From contig NC_042999.1 of the NCBI RefSeq assembly GCF_006345805.1, positions 81,468,001 through 81,532,000 of the forward strand: a stretch of 64,000 bases of DNA. Direction: 5' to 3'. The position numbers and the translations under genes were made by a program. The first letter of the stretch is position 1. Each line of letters begins with the position of its first letter. A model generated the notes under the pieces. The model was not told where the DNA came from. It did no database searches and worked only from the letters and a program-made list of their open reading frames with translations. The stretch is from Octopus sinensis. Taxonomy: Eukaryota. Positions 1-12,772 of this stretch are shown piece by piece.

Positions 1-380
1 TAGTGGCTGACGATATGTGCATCTCTGATCACGAGCAGAAGTAGTGGGGGAGCATCATAGCCATGTGTTGAGAGGGATTCTTTAGGGTTTGGATAATTCA
101 CCTCTGGAAACATGGGTGATTCGTTCAACACCCTTAAACAATCCTTATTCAAGGACCTTTTGAGCGGGATGGGTTACTCTACCAGAAGAAAATTCTAACT
201 GGGCCCCACCTGCAAGGTCATGTGCTGTTTATCTTGATATGAGGTCACCATGTCGCGCACATATGGTTGTGATGCATGTGCCTGGTGTACCCTTATCAGA
301 CGGGTAGTCATGATGGGTATACTGGGCTTCATATATTTTACCCCAGTGTCACTTTGATGGCATGCACTGCTCTCTCACTC
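1..380 (+). mobile_element. 3' end of an unidentified retroelement (structured 3' UTR ending in an (AAT)n tail)
   Basis: Non-coding, more GC-rich than the flanks, ends abruptly in (AAT)n at 381. Long-range pairing gcatcatagccatgtgt (~52-68) with acatatggttgtgatgc (~259-275). Confidence 0.4.
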
Positions 381-428
381 AATAATAATAATAATAATAA
401 TAATAACAACAACAACAACAACAACAAC

Positions 429-499
<71 letters not shown>
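381..499. repeat. (AAT)n/(AAC)n compound microsatellite
   Basis: Directly visible; explains the poly-N/T/I/L ORFs. Confidence 0.97.
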
Positions 500-1332
<833 letters not shown>

Positions 1333-1334
<2 letters not shown>

Positions 1335-1498
1335 ATCGAAAAATACCTTAGAAATGAGAACCCTGAAGATGGCTGGAGGGGTATCAGCCGAAACGTTGTG
1401 TTGACTACAAACAAGATGAACACAAATATCCATCTAATGTAAATAATGGAAATAAGTAAGTAAAGTACATAACTCCTCATCTCTTAAGTATAGAACTG
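1333..1498 (+). mobile_element. Penelope-like pseudo-LTR fragment carrying a minimal hammerhead
   Basis: Homologous to the reverse-strand copy at 30787-30969, with an internal deletion here. Contains an HHR core. Confidence 0.7.
1358..1402 (+). ncRNA. Minimal type I hammerhead ribozyme motif (stem I damaged)
   Basis: CTGAAGA-t-GGCTG(gaggggtat)CAGCC-GAAA-CG-TT-gtgtt, with palindromic stem III ACGT. Confidence 0.65.
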
Positions 1499-1846
1499 AA
1501 GAAATTGTGGCCACAAATTCTGGTCTCATAATTTCTCCAATTGTAATCGCATAGATTACTATTTGAAGGGTGCGGTGGAGAAAGACACCAACCACTCTCT
1601 CTGCTGCACCAAGGCCGAAATGTTGGTCCAGGTATGCGTCAGGTCCCGGAGCGATGTCGAAAGCATGTCGGAAACTAAATGCAGTTACTTTGAGTAAACT
1701 GTTATTTCCCAGCCCATATATATTTCATATTTTCCGGCCTTTTAAAAATACATTTACTTTTGAATGGGATATTGTCTTAAAAAGACGTTTGTAAATTGTC
1801 AAATTTAGCCCTAACGCCTGTTACATACGTTGCATAATTACTCGTA

Positions 1847-2230
1847 TGTGGAGGCGCAATGGCCCAGTGGTTAAGGCAGCGGACTCGCGGTCCTAGGATT
1901 GCGGTTTCGATTCCCAGACCGGGTGTTGTTAGTTTTTATTGAGCGAAAACACCTAAAGCTCCACGAGGCTCCGGCAGGGATGTGGTGATCCTTGCTGTAC
2001 TCTTTCACCACAACTTTCTCTCACTCTTACTTCCTGTTTCTGTTGTACCTGTATTTCAAAGGGCCAACCTTGTCACTCTCTGTGTCACGCTGAATATCCC
2101 CGAGAACTACGTTAAGGGTACACGTGTCTGTGGAGTGCTCAGCCACTTACACGTTATTTTCACGAGCAGGCTGTTCCGTTGATCGGATCAACCGGAACCC
2201 TCATCGTCGTAACCGATGGAGTGCTTCCAT
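1847..2230 (+). mobile_element. tRNA-derived SINE, full length, with target-site duplication
   Basis: A-box tggcccagtgg and B-box-like ggtttcgattccc. TSD cataattactcgtatg at 1833-1848 and 2228-2243. Near-identical copy at 22774. Confidence 0.9.
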
Positions 2231-4216
2231 AATTACTCGTATGCATGTATTCTCTGTGTGTGTGTGTATGCGTGTGTGTGAATGTGTGTTTGTGTGTGTG
2301 TGTTTGTGTGCGTGTGTGTTTGTATGTATATATAGGTAGGTAGATAGGTGTGTAAGTAGGTTTGTAGGTAGATAGATAATTAAATAGATTGATAAATATA
2401 TGAATAAATGATAAAGAAATGGAGGCATCTGTTTGCGATGAATTGACAAATTCATAAAAAACGTTTGTTAGACCTTGTCCATTGTCTTTTCAGGGTCGAT
2501 AAAGAATAAAACAGTCAAAATCCAGGGCGGTAGGTCATAGTATGACTGTAGGCAGGCTGTCTGGTCCAGTATCTGCCATGGTTTTGCGGTCTGATGAAAC
2601 GGGTACACAGAGATATCGATCATGCCTTTACTTTGTAAAATTTCCGATCGTCGGTGCTGTGAAGCGGAGAATCTCACGATATACAGAATACTTAAATATA
2701 CTGTCGGAAATCCTAGAATTTATATTTTCGAAATAAAAGTCCGTTAATTTTCTTTTAGATTGTCAAACCATGAGTGTTTTATGAAGAAAATATAGAGTGT
2801 TGTTAGGATTATTCATAGCTTTTATAGAATTTGACGATGAGTGAAGGATTTAATATATTTTAATATCAAATGTTCAAGGTATTAGGCAGATGATTAGCGA
2901 AAGGTCTCAATAGTGAAACTAGGACTCTTCCTAGACCACAATGAGAATGATCAAGTATCCATTTGTTGCTAGTATGTTTCTTCAACACTAATCACTAATT
3001 TTAACAGTCCTGTTTCTTAGTTCTTCGTTGCATGTATATTGAGGGCGTATGTATGCGTGTGTGTATCAGTGATCTCTAGTACGGATGCGCCACGAGTACT
3101 TGTAATGGAATGTATGCACACAAGTTCCTTTATTATCGTATTAATGTGCCGACAACGAAATAGCGATCTAATGATGACTATTGTTATGGTTGCTATTTTC
3201 AGACTTGCTTTACCTGAGAAACTAAAAGATGAAATGTCTTCCGGTGTGACTTTCTAGTCTTTATCCCTAGTTGCACATTATCCAAGATACTATTGTCCAG
3301 GCATGAGGGTGATCTTGCTGTTACCGTTGTTCCTGATAAATGTAATTATAGGTGAAAGTGTTCATAAAATATGGTCGTTGAATTGGTGATTGCGGCTAGG
3401 GTTGATGTACATATATTTCTGTTGTCGATGAGTGGACTATGATTTCACGTATAATTGTAAAAATGGCTTGGCTTCATATCATAAATAAGAATTTGAACAC
3501 ATTGTATATAGCATGTTTGTGCTGCTATACGTTTTTGCCCATTCCTGTCCGGTGGATATTTCTAGACATTATAAACCGGAAATAGATTTCTGAGTCGTGC
3601 TATGTACAATGGTGAACATAACATCCTTGAAGCATGATTTGGAAATGTCAACGTGAAAAAATGTTCAAGGAAATTGGAAATGTCTTAGATCTCATCACAC
3701 AGAGTGCACGTTCGATATTGGGAAGAACAGTATATCTAGTAAAATATTTGCATTTGCGTTTGAATACATATACACACACACGATCAGACACACACACGCA
3801 CACGCATACACGCACACATTAGCACACACATGCTACACACGCATACACGCAACTACGTGTGAAACAAATACATTCTCACGTATACATGCCAATGCACTCA
3901 ACTATACCTATACAGATAGCGATACGTACGCCAGTATATAAGCGTATATATTGTCTAAATATATAATTATCCTAAATATATCTACAGATAAGAGCAGGCA
4001 ATTGTATTCATAAATATAAGCATATATATCTATACGCGCATACATACAAGCTTAAATACATACACAAATACATGCATTCACGCATACAAATATAATCCTA
4101 CTTACGCACATATACATATATATGCAAATACATATGTGATATACATGTGTAGGTATGTGCATGTGTGTATATGTATATATATATATATCTCTATATATCT
4201 CTCTATATATATATTC

Positions 4217-4388
4217 ATACATATATATGTATATGCATATGTATATATAGACATGCATATAGTGAGAGGGAGAGAAGTGAATATACACATACATAGGTAC
4301 ATACATATATATGTATATGCATATGTATATATAGACATGCATATAGTGAGAGGGAGAGAAGTGAATATACACATACATAGGTACATAC
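4217..4388. repeat. 84-bp tandem duplication
   Basis: agtgagagggagagaagtgaatatacacatacataggtacatac occurs at 4261 and 4345. Confidence 0.9.
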
Positions 4389-4869
4389 AAAATACATACA
4401 TGCATGTGGACATCGAGGCAGAGAAGGGGAAACTATTAATATTTTGACCTGTAAGTTGGGGAAGTTGTATGGGAAGTCAATGGTAAGCATGCAAATATTA
4501 AACCTACAGCATCACAAATAAGGAAATAAAATAAACTAGTTATCGAACCAATATGGCAAGAAGAGAGAGAGAGAGAGAGAGAGTTACAGAAAAAGAGAGA
4601 GAGAGAGAGCATGAAATAGAGAGAGAAACAAAGAGAGGTTGGGAGAGCTGAATGTAAACATTCCAAACACACACAACAGCCACGCACGTGCATAAAGACG
4701 TAAGCATGCGCAGGGAAATCTCTTTATGAAGTTATGTAAATAAGGTCTTTCTTGAACGTTTTCGATTTTCCTACTTACCAATGAAAATAGACGTCGATGT
4801 AACTGCTGCTTCAATCATCAACAACAATTACAACAAAATCAGCACCCCTCCTCTAACTCCTCTTCCTCC

Positions 4870-5030
4870 TACTATTACTACTACTTGTACCACCACCACC
4901 ACCACTACTACTACTTCTACTACTAATGACGATGATGATGATGATGATGATGATGATCATGATGATGATGATGAGGGGGAGGAGGAGGAGGAGGAGGATG
5001 ACGATGATAATAACACCAGCAATAATAATG
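4870..5030. repeat. Compound triplet microsatellite (ACT/ACC/GAT/GAG/AAT)
   Basis: Directly visible; explains ORF 4781-5116. Confidence 0.9.
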
Positions 5031-6639
5031 TTTTCTTTTTCCGCCACCAATTGTTGACTAAAGTATCGCTGTTGGTCCAAGACGATACAGTGATAGAGCA
5101 ATTAAAGAACGAATAGGAAAGGCAAATATCGAAAAATTCTCCAAATAGTGATAGAACTTAAAGGACACTCGTAGAAAGCTCACAAAATCACGATTCCCTT
5201 GACTGCTCGACTCCCCTAAATCACTGTCACACTGACTACTAGGCTCCTTCTTTTTGTTGTTCTATCTGAAGGCACATGCTCGGAACCAACCCGTGTAGTT
5301 GGACCACGATCGACACTCTCTTCCACTGTTGGAAAAATTGCTGAGAGACAGTACCTTCATCTTTACAAGGAATTTCCTATTCAGTTGTATAACAAAAGCA
5401 ACAACAACAGAAACGAAAACAACAATCTCCTCTGCTTGAGGCACAAGGTTTCCAGACAAACGGACACTGGTTGTATTCCTCTTCTAAAGGAAGTCGATAG
5501 GACGATATTCACAATGGACACAGCTGATGGCTGGATCCGTCCTACACATGACAGCAAGTGTTCGACGTAAACCAAAGCACGACTGTGCGTGCGCTTCGGA
5601 CAAGCCCAGCTACCTGTACTTCCATGCCTGTAAAATGTATCCCAAAGCAGCAATGCCCCAATCACCACCACCACAGTTATAGCCAGGCCAAAGACTTCTG
5701 AAAATTGAAATTATCTATGAGGATACGGCTCAAAAGTTCTCCAGGACAGAGCAGTCAATTGTTTCTCGTTGACTGTCGTCGACATTCAGTCTCCTCGAGA
5801 AAGCTATTTATAGAAGTACAAAGAGAAACTTCCACCACATCGCCCACCTGACAGAGGAGTGTGAACGCCTTACGACACCCTAGGTACCAGGAACCTTGCT
5901 TTGTCTTTGCTTGATCTAGGACTGCAGATCGTCCAGAGACGAGTTGCGGAAGCGCGACTCTGATAACTAGCGATCACACCAGTCTATCAACTACGAAGCA
6001 TTGAAGGGCTTGTAGCCTCTGCGCATGTTTTCGCATCAGCAAACACGGCATGCCCGATCTTCTATTCAGTGGGTGTTGACAACAAACGAAGCGCCTGTTT
6101 AGTGGAACGCCTTCTTTCTACAGAAAGCGCACGAGTGTGCACTTCAGTTTGGTTAGACATAGGCAAAGCACGATTGTCAGGTGTTAATATATAGCGGAAG
6201 CAATGCATACGTTCGCCACCTCTGCACAAACTTTCAGAGATAGCATTCTCTCGGCTCACATCTCTGTGCAATTGGTGACCCTACTCGTCAACTCTTTTCA
6301 TTTCTTCTTTACGAGGAAATCTGGACCAAACTAGACACCAAGCAATTTAACCGATCCACGACGTTATTGGACAGCATACACCTGTCTCACCAGGTGCAGA
6401 ACAGATATTTTAGTTAATCATTGCTCCTGTCACCGCCACATATTTCTTTAGAGCAGTACCCATCAGATCTCTATGGTGCGTAGATTACGAGATGCATAAT
6501 TATAGTTACTCAGGTGTGATACATTATTATGTTCTTTCATTATTTTATTCTTTTATATGTTTCAGTCCAATGAATGTGGTCATGCTGGAGCACCACCATT
6601 GTTATCATCTTTCTACTTTCCACCTTTGTCGGATCATCT

Positions 6640-6952
6640 TTTGGTGAAGGATGGGGTTCGATGCTACTGCCCTCTTTTAAGTATTTTGCTTAGATATTGG
6701 CTCAACCGGGATCTCGGCGAGTCAGAGGTCAAGTTCATGTTTGAAAACGTCTACATCCACACCATGGAAGCTCCTAAGATGTTTCGGCAGACAGTTAAAC
6801 AGTTGTGGGCCCTTGAAACTCAAACTATTGCAGTACATCATCCTTGACCGAGATGAAGAAGTTGGGACGGTAGGGACAGCACAGTGACGTCCTGTTCGTG
6901 GTATAGTATAGCTCTTTATTCCAAATTTTGGTACCAGTCCTTCCAGTATCTT

Positions 6953-7014
<62 letters not shown>

Positions 7015-7917
7015 TATATATCACTGCATACCTCTCCCGCCTTCGTTCCAGGGAATAGAGTCAAAGCTCTTTCAATCTGTCCCAGTAGCTCAGTCGCTCC
7101 ATTGATACAATTTTCTTTGCGTAATGTCGTTGGACTGCTTCAAGCTCTGCTATCGTCCGTGTAGTATAAGATGACCATAGCTGAGAGCAGTAGTCCAGTT
7201 GACTGAGGATAAATGACTTCCATAGTGTCATCATAGTTTCTTGGTCCCTTGTCCGGAAGTTTCTTAGAATCCAACCGGTCAGTCTTCTGGATACTGCTAC
7301 CATTTTGTTGATATGTATTTCTTTATTGCCCACAAAGGGCTAAACATAGAGAGGACAAACAAAGACAGACAAAGGGATTAAGTCGATGACATCGACCCCA
7401 GTGCGTGACTGGTACTTTATCTATCGACCCCGAATGGATGAAAGGCAAAGTCGACCTCGGCGGAAATTGAACTCAGAATGTAACGACATTTCGCCCGGTG
7501 CGCTAATGTTTCTGCCAGCTTGCCGCCTTATTTTGTGAATATGTGTGAGAAATGAGGCATTGTTGTTCATTTCTATTCCAAGATCACGCACCGTATTTGA
7601 CTCTGGGATCGTTGCTCCACTTGGTCCAACGTACTGATGTCATGATTCTTGAGCCCTGCTTAAATGGTTGCGGAGGGACTGGAATTTACTTGCATTAAAT
7701 TGCATGTTGTTATCGCCAGATGTATAGATGGCATCTAGATCTTTCTGTAAGAGCATAGCATCAGAGGTTTCCATGACTGACTGCGACATTTGTGTCGTCG
7801 GCATAGCTGGTAAGCATGACTGCCTCTGTCACTGATGACATATCCGATAGGGCTACTATGAAAAGCAGTGGCCCCCAGCACAGTGCCATAGGCCACTCCA
7901 CTCCCTATTGGTATCCC

Positions 7918-7954
<37 letters not shown>

Positions 7955-8260
7955 CAGTTGGCAGCTACAGTTTAGCTCCTGACCTTCAGGAAATCATCCA
8001 GCCACTCTCCGACTTTACCTATGATGCCGAGTCCCCGTATTTTGTGGTATATCATTCCATGGTCGACCTTGTCAAATGCCTTCGCAAAGTTGAGGTATAC
8101 CACATCCACATTTGAGCAGTTCATTCATTAATTGCTTCAGTACCCAGTCATAGTGTTGCAGAAGCTGTGTAAGACAGATCCTTCCCGGGCGAAAGCCATG
8201 TTGGGTGTCAGGTCATTGGCAGGTCATTGGCAGGTCATTGTCCTCAAGGAAAGAGCAGGT
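6640..8260 (-). mobile_element. Decayed CR1-like LINE ORF2 fragment (RT and C-terminus)
   Basis: Minus-strand peptides include FAKAFDKVDHG, GPLLFIVALSD, YADDT, LSQLDYCSQLWS, LSYWDRLKEL and NSLSFKGPQLFNCLP. Interrupted by (TA)n, (GA)n and a SINE. Confidence 0.85.
7318..7530 (-). mobile_element. tRNA-derived SINE (aaggcggc-agctggcagaa family) inserted into the LINE
   Basis: Head taaggcggcaagctggcagaaacattagcg; core gaggtcgactttgcctttcatcc. Imperfect TSD ttttgt(tg/ga)atatgt. Family copies at 19905 and 33190. Confidence 0.8.
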
Positions 8261-9200
8261 CACTGTCCTCATTGTGCTACCGATTTTTTTTGCTTTTTGC
8301 ATTGAAGAATTGATGAAGATGTAATTTCCAAACATCAGCATATAACAAAGCAGTAAGAAATTGCACCTATTCATTCAGCGAGAATGACAAAAATCTCGTA
8401 ATAGGGCAGAGAATATAGTTCTCGGTCATCAGTGTTATACGACAATGGGATTTAATTATTAGAATATTCTTTACAATTGCTATTGTTGCGAAAATGTTTT
8501 ACATTTGATACTCCTAATAACATATTTCGAAGCCTTGCATTATTTAAGTATAATATCTAATTACACACCCGTAGATTTTTCAGTACATATAACACATTAA
8601 AAATATGAATGAATTATAGGTATATAGACAAGTAACCAAATCCTACATTCGTAAATCTGTTTTGGCAGGTGTAGGATATCTCATGGTATATATTTTCTTT
8701 CAACTAAAATGTTTCTTAATAAAACACAACGACATGCACATACCCATATATATATTTGAGCGCTTCCCGTGTTTCAACACTGCACGCACGTGTGTTTAAA
8801 CATGTATATGAATATATATATATATATATATATGTGTTTGTGTGTGTTTGAGTGAGTGTGTGTGTGTTTGCGTTTGTGTGTGTATGTATATATTTGTTAA
8901 GTCATGAAAGAGACATAACGTTAATAATACAAAAACAATATACAGTGTGTGTGCATGCATATATGTATGCATGTGTATATGTGCATATGTAAACATATCT
9001 ATCTATCACTCATATATATATATATATATATATATACACGCACACACATATAAATATGAAGATTTATTTCTCTAAAATTTCAATGGAAACCAGTAAGAGA
9101 AACATTTTATGTGTGCATAATTTGGCGGGCACACACATATATATATACCTGCATACATACATACATACATACATACATACATACAATACATACATACATT

Positions 9201-9237
<37 letters not shown>

Positions 9238-11954
9238 CTGTATGTATGTATAACAGTGTATTATAACATGATCACGCATATACGCGCATATGTGTGTGTG
9301 TACACATAGATATAGATATGTCTGCAAATGCCTATTTACGCTCGCATGCTAGTGTGGATCTCTATGTATGCTTCAGTACATATTGCAGTAATTGTTCACA
9401 AGATGTGCATTTCACACGATTTAATCACTGCAATCTGTAATTACAGATATAACATTCGTTTTGGTAATATCTAATGAAATAAGACATGCTGCACAATATA
9501 AACGATTTTTACAAGAATGTTATGAAATATACAAAATGAGTAGGTATTACGATTATGTATCTTAAAATGTGCGTGTGTGTGTGTGTGGAGTATGTATGTG
9601 TGGGTGTGTGTTTATGTGTTGTATCGAAGTATCGGCCAAACCATTGTACTTTGTTCATATTGCCTGTTACAATGACTGGCTTTCGAATAAAAACACCCCA
9701 TACCTATGACTAGGTGGAGAGGCGAACATTTCCTATCACTGGAACTTCAGTCCATCGTGGTGTCACCCATCTACATCTGAGTGGACTAAGACAATGACTT
9801 GGTTATGCACCTTCATACAAGCCAATGGACACAAAGACACACACACATGTATATATGTATATTTGGTGAGATATACATGGACACGCACGAATATGCATGT
9901 TTGCATAGTTAAGTTCTGTAAGAATATATAAATATGTATATAAGTATGTTTAAGAGGAACCCCACACAGTTTGACGTATGGAAAATATAGCATCTCTACT
10001 TGCAAGGACTGTACTGAAAATGTCCTTCAGAAGGCAGACTAAAACGTTTAATGTAGGTTCCTCCAAAACATTACTGTAGCACCTGGTGCAAGAAGCGCCC
10101 GCAGTCACCACATCTATATGATATTCATTTTGATGAATGCATTGGTATGAATGAACAAAACCCAACAGTTATTTTTGTACTATTAAAGAATGAACATTAT
10201 TCTCTCCACCGATATCTGAAATGCATAAAATGATGAAGCAAATCATGAAATACGAAATGTACAGGCATTCGATTCAATATTTAAAAGCTGCCACAATACT
10301 CTCTTTAATACAAGTTGACGTTGTCTTCTTTGTTTAAATAGATCCACTTGGAGATGCTGATCCTGGTCTCGCTGTCATATTATTGCAAAGAAACTATAGT
10401 TTTGCAAGCTAAAACTGTTCATGAATTTACGGTTTGCATCGCAAATTAGTTACTGAATATATTTCTCGAGTCCGGAAAATGTTGAAGGAATTATCATAAT
10501 GCCAAACTGTGAAAAGCTTAGATTTTGTGATCTAAAATTTTCAGTATGTGCCTTCAACGCAAGTCATTCGCTCCTACACTATTTCTTACTATTGCAATCG
10601 CTTTGATTGATCACTTGCGAGTGAAATGTTTAAGCATTCTACACAAATTCGTGTATCTTCAATAACACTTTTGTTTACATTAAACAAACAATTAGAGATA
10701 TATTAACGAAATAACAATTAACAGTTGGTTATGCGATGGACATAAACAAATTGAACTTGGCTCTCTCAGATTAATATAAAATGAAGAACAAAGTGTAGAA
10801 ATAGAGATACACATTCTTCAAAACAAAAACCATATAAAGCAAAGAAATTAAATGTCATTCCTGCCAAAATTTTCATAGCATTGATTTCTGTTCTTTCAGT
10901 CTAGCAAATTTCGATTAGTTGTCATACGCTTTCAAGCATTTTCTGATTATGTATTTAATTGTTATTGCATCTCATTACAAAACTGCAATTTTGCAGGTGA
11001 TCCACTTAGAAGAACAGGAAGAGGTAGGACTAGGAATGAAGGAAATCACTATATGAAGTAGTAGAGGGCTGGTTACTTTACGACAGATGTCATTCAGACC
11101 GTGGCTTTCTTCTTTCCGTGGCACACTTCCAAGCATCTACACAGAACTTGTATATTGTATATATCTCTCAATAATACATCTCTTCTCTCATTCTGCGTCT
11201 CTCTCGATTTCTCTCTCCTTCCTCTTTCTTTTCCTCCTGCCACTCTCATTGACTCTCTTACATACTCACACCTACATACACAGACGTCACCAATCAAATA
11301 CTAAGTGAAAACGTAATAAGTGAAACTAATTAAAAGACAAAATAGATATGTGCGCGGGCGCACGTTCATAAATAGGCGCGTACACACAGACACACACAGA
11401 TAAAAACAGACGCACATATATCTATAAATATGTATCTGTGTGTTTCTGTGTGCGTATGTGTGTATGAGTGTGTGTATGTGAGTGTGTGTGCATGAGTGTG
11501 CTGAAAAAGACACCAAATTATTAAATTATGCAATGATGTTCAGGCTACCATTTTGAATTGTTGTTTTACAGGAATAGATGCACTTATACCCAGAATACAC
11601 TTAGCTCAGTCTAACACAAATATATTTCGTATTCAAATGTACAGTTTTCAGCTCATGTTTTGCTATGTAAAAACATTACAGGGACAGACTACGTAACATT
11701 GCTTTTGCTGATTGGCAAATGTGCGGTGCCTGTCCAAAAACTACAAGTCCACGTGATCTTTTTATTTAGGCTCTTGGAAAACACTTAGCATTGTTTATAA
11801 GAAATATTTGGGTTTACACTAAATACTAAATAATAGGAACTAATACCACAATCAAGAAATGAAAGTTAACATGATGCCAATAAAATTGAAACTTATAACT
11901 GCAATGAGAAAATATATATAGCAGGACAAAACTGTTACATATGTATATATATTC

Positions 11955-12170
11955 TTTTATTCTTGTACATGTTTCAGTCATTTGACTGCGGCCATGTTGG
12001 AGCACTAACTTTAAACGAGCAGATCGACCTCAGAACTTATTTTTTGTAAGCCCTGGACTTATTTATCTCTCTCTTTTGCTTAACCACTAAGTTGCAGGGA
12101 GGTAAACACACCTGCATCGGTTGCCAAGCGAGGTGGGCGGGACAAGCAAACACAAACACACATACATGCA
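11955..12170 (-). mobile_element. SINE 3' half (same family as 44590 and 63178)
   Basis: Reverse complement of the gctccagcatggccgc...aaatgactgaaaca tail and the ccgatgc-ggtgtgtttac body. Confidence 0.75.
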
Positions 12171-12376
12171 CTCCGTAGAAGCTACGAGTTAGTATTTAAT
12201 GTTGGGGTTTGGTGTTAGCACTAAATATTATAGTATTGCTTTAGTGTAAATACATGCATTATATATATATATATATATTATATTGAGGGTACTACTATTC
12301 GTAGATACCACACGCTAAAGAGGGACCAATGCGGTCAAAACTACTAAAATAAACAAAATTTTACCGAATGCAAAAC

Positions 12377-12431
12377 TTTTGCTGATGAAGGAAATGTTAT
12401 TAAACTAATCCAGAAATTGATCAATCCAAAA
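12377..12431 (+). ncRNA. Type I hammerhead ribozyme motif
   Basis: Stem I TTTTG/CAAAA; CTGATGA; weak stem II gga...tcc; GAAA; palindromic stem III A-TTGATCAA-T; predicted cleavage after C12426. Confidence 0.7.
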
Positions 12432-12539
12432 CTATCTGAATAGTTACCACACAGCCACTCCTAATGAAACATACACATATATGAAATAGATAGTTAATTC
12501 TGGGACACTGTGTATATAATTCACGCCTATGTTCATATC

Positions 12540-12597
12540 ACACTGATGAACATAGAATGCATATTCTGCATTAATTGCGAAATCACAGGTGATATGT
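12540..12597 (+). ncRNA. Second type I hammerhead motif in the same repeat
   Basis: aca-CTGATGA-...tagaat(gcat)attctg...-GAAA-tcac(ag)gtga-TA-tgt. Confidence 0.55.
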
Positions 12598-12772
12598 AAC
12601 TAAATTCTTTTTTTAAATGATTTGCTTTGAAGTTTTGCATTCGGTAAAAATTTTGTTTATTTTATTAGTTTTGACCGCATTGGTCCCTCTTTAGCGTGTG
12701 GTATCTACGAATAGTAGTACCCTCAATATAATATAAATAAATATTTTCAAAGATTTTATCCTCAATTGTTAA

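Noticed and set aside
1847-1925. tRNA gene
   Set aside because: This is the tRNA-derived head of a SINE: repeated with its body at 22774 and bounded by TSDs.
2590-2620. Isolated CTGATGA/CTGACGA boxes (also at ~25669, ~27633 and ~56254)
   Set aside because: No stem II followed by GAAA-stem III-UH; expected by chance.
4781-5116. 111-aa acidic poly-T/D/E ORF
   Set aside because: Compound triplet microsatellite with no supporting splice or domain evidence.
5380-6480. GC-richer block possibly derived from an LTR-retrotransposon gag/5' region on the minus strand
   Set aside because: Only vague knuckle-like residues, and no LTR pair or pol motif found; too decayed to call.
8209-8271. 11-bp tandem repeat caggtcattgg x3
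   Set aside because: Local slippage at the 5' edge of the decayed LINE fragment; no sign of function.
12455-12500. Third hammerhead in repeat A (CTAATGA...GAAATAGATA)
   Set aside because: Core G5 is mutated and stems I and II cannot be formed convincingly.
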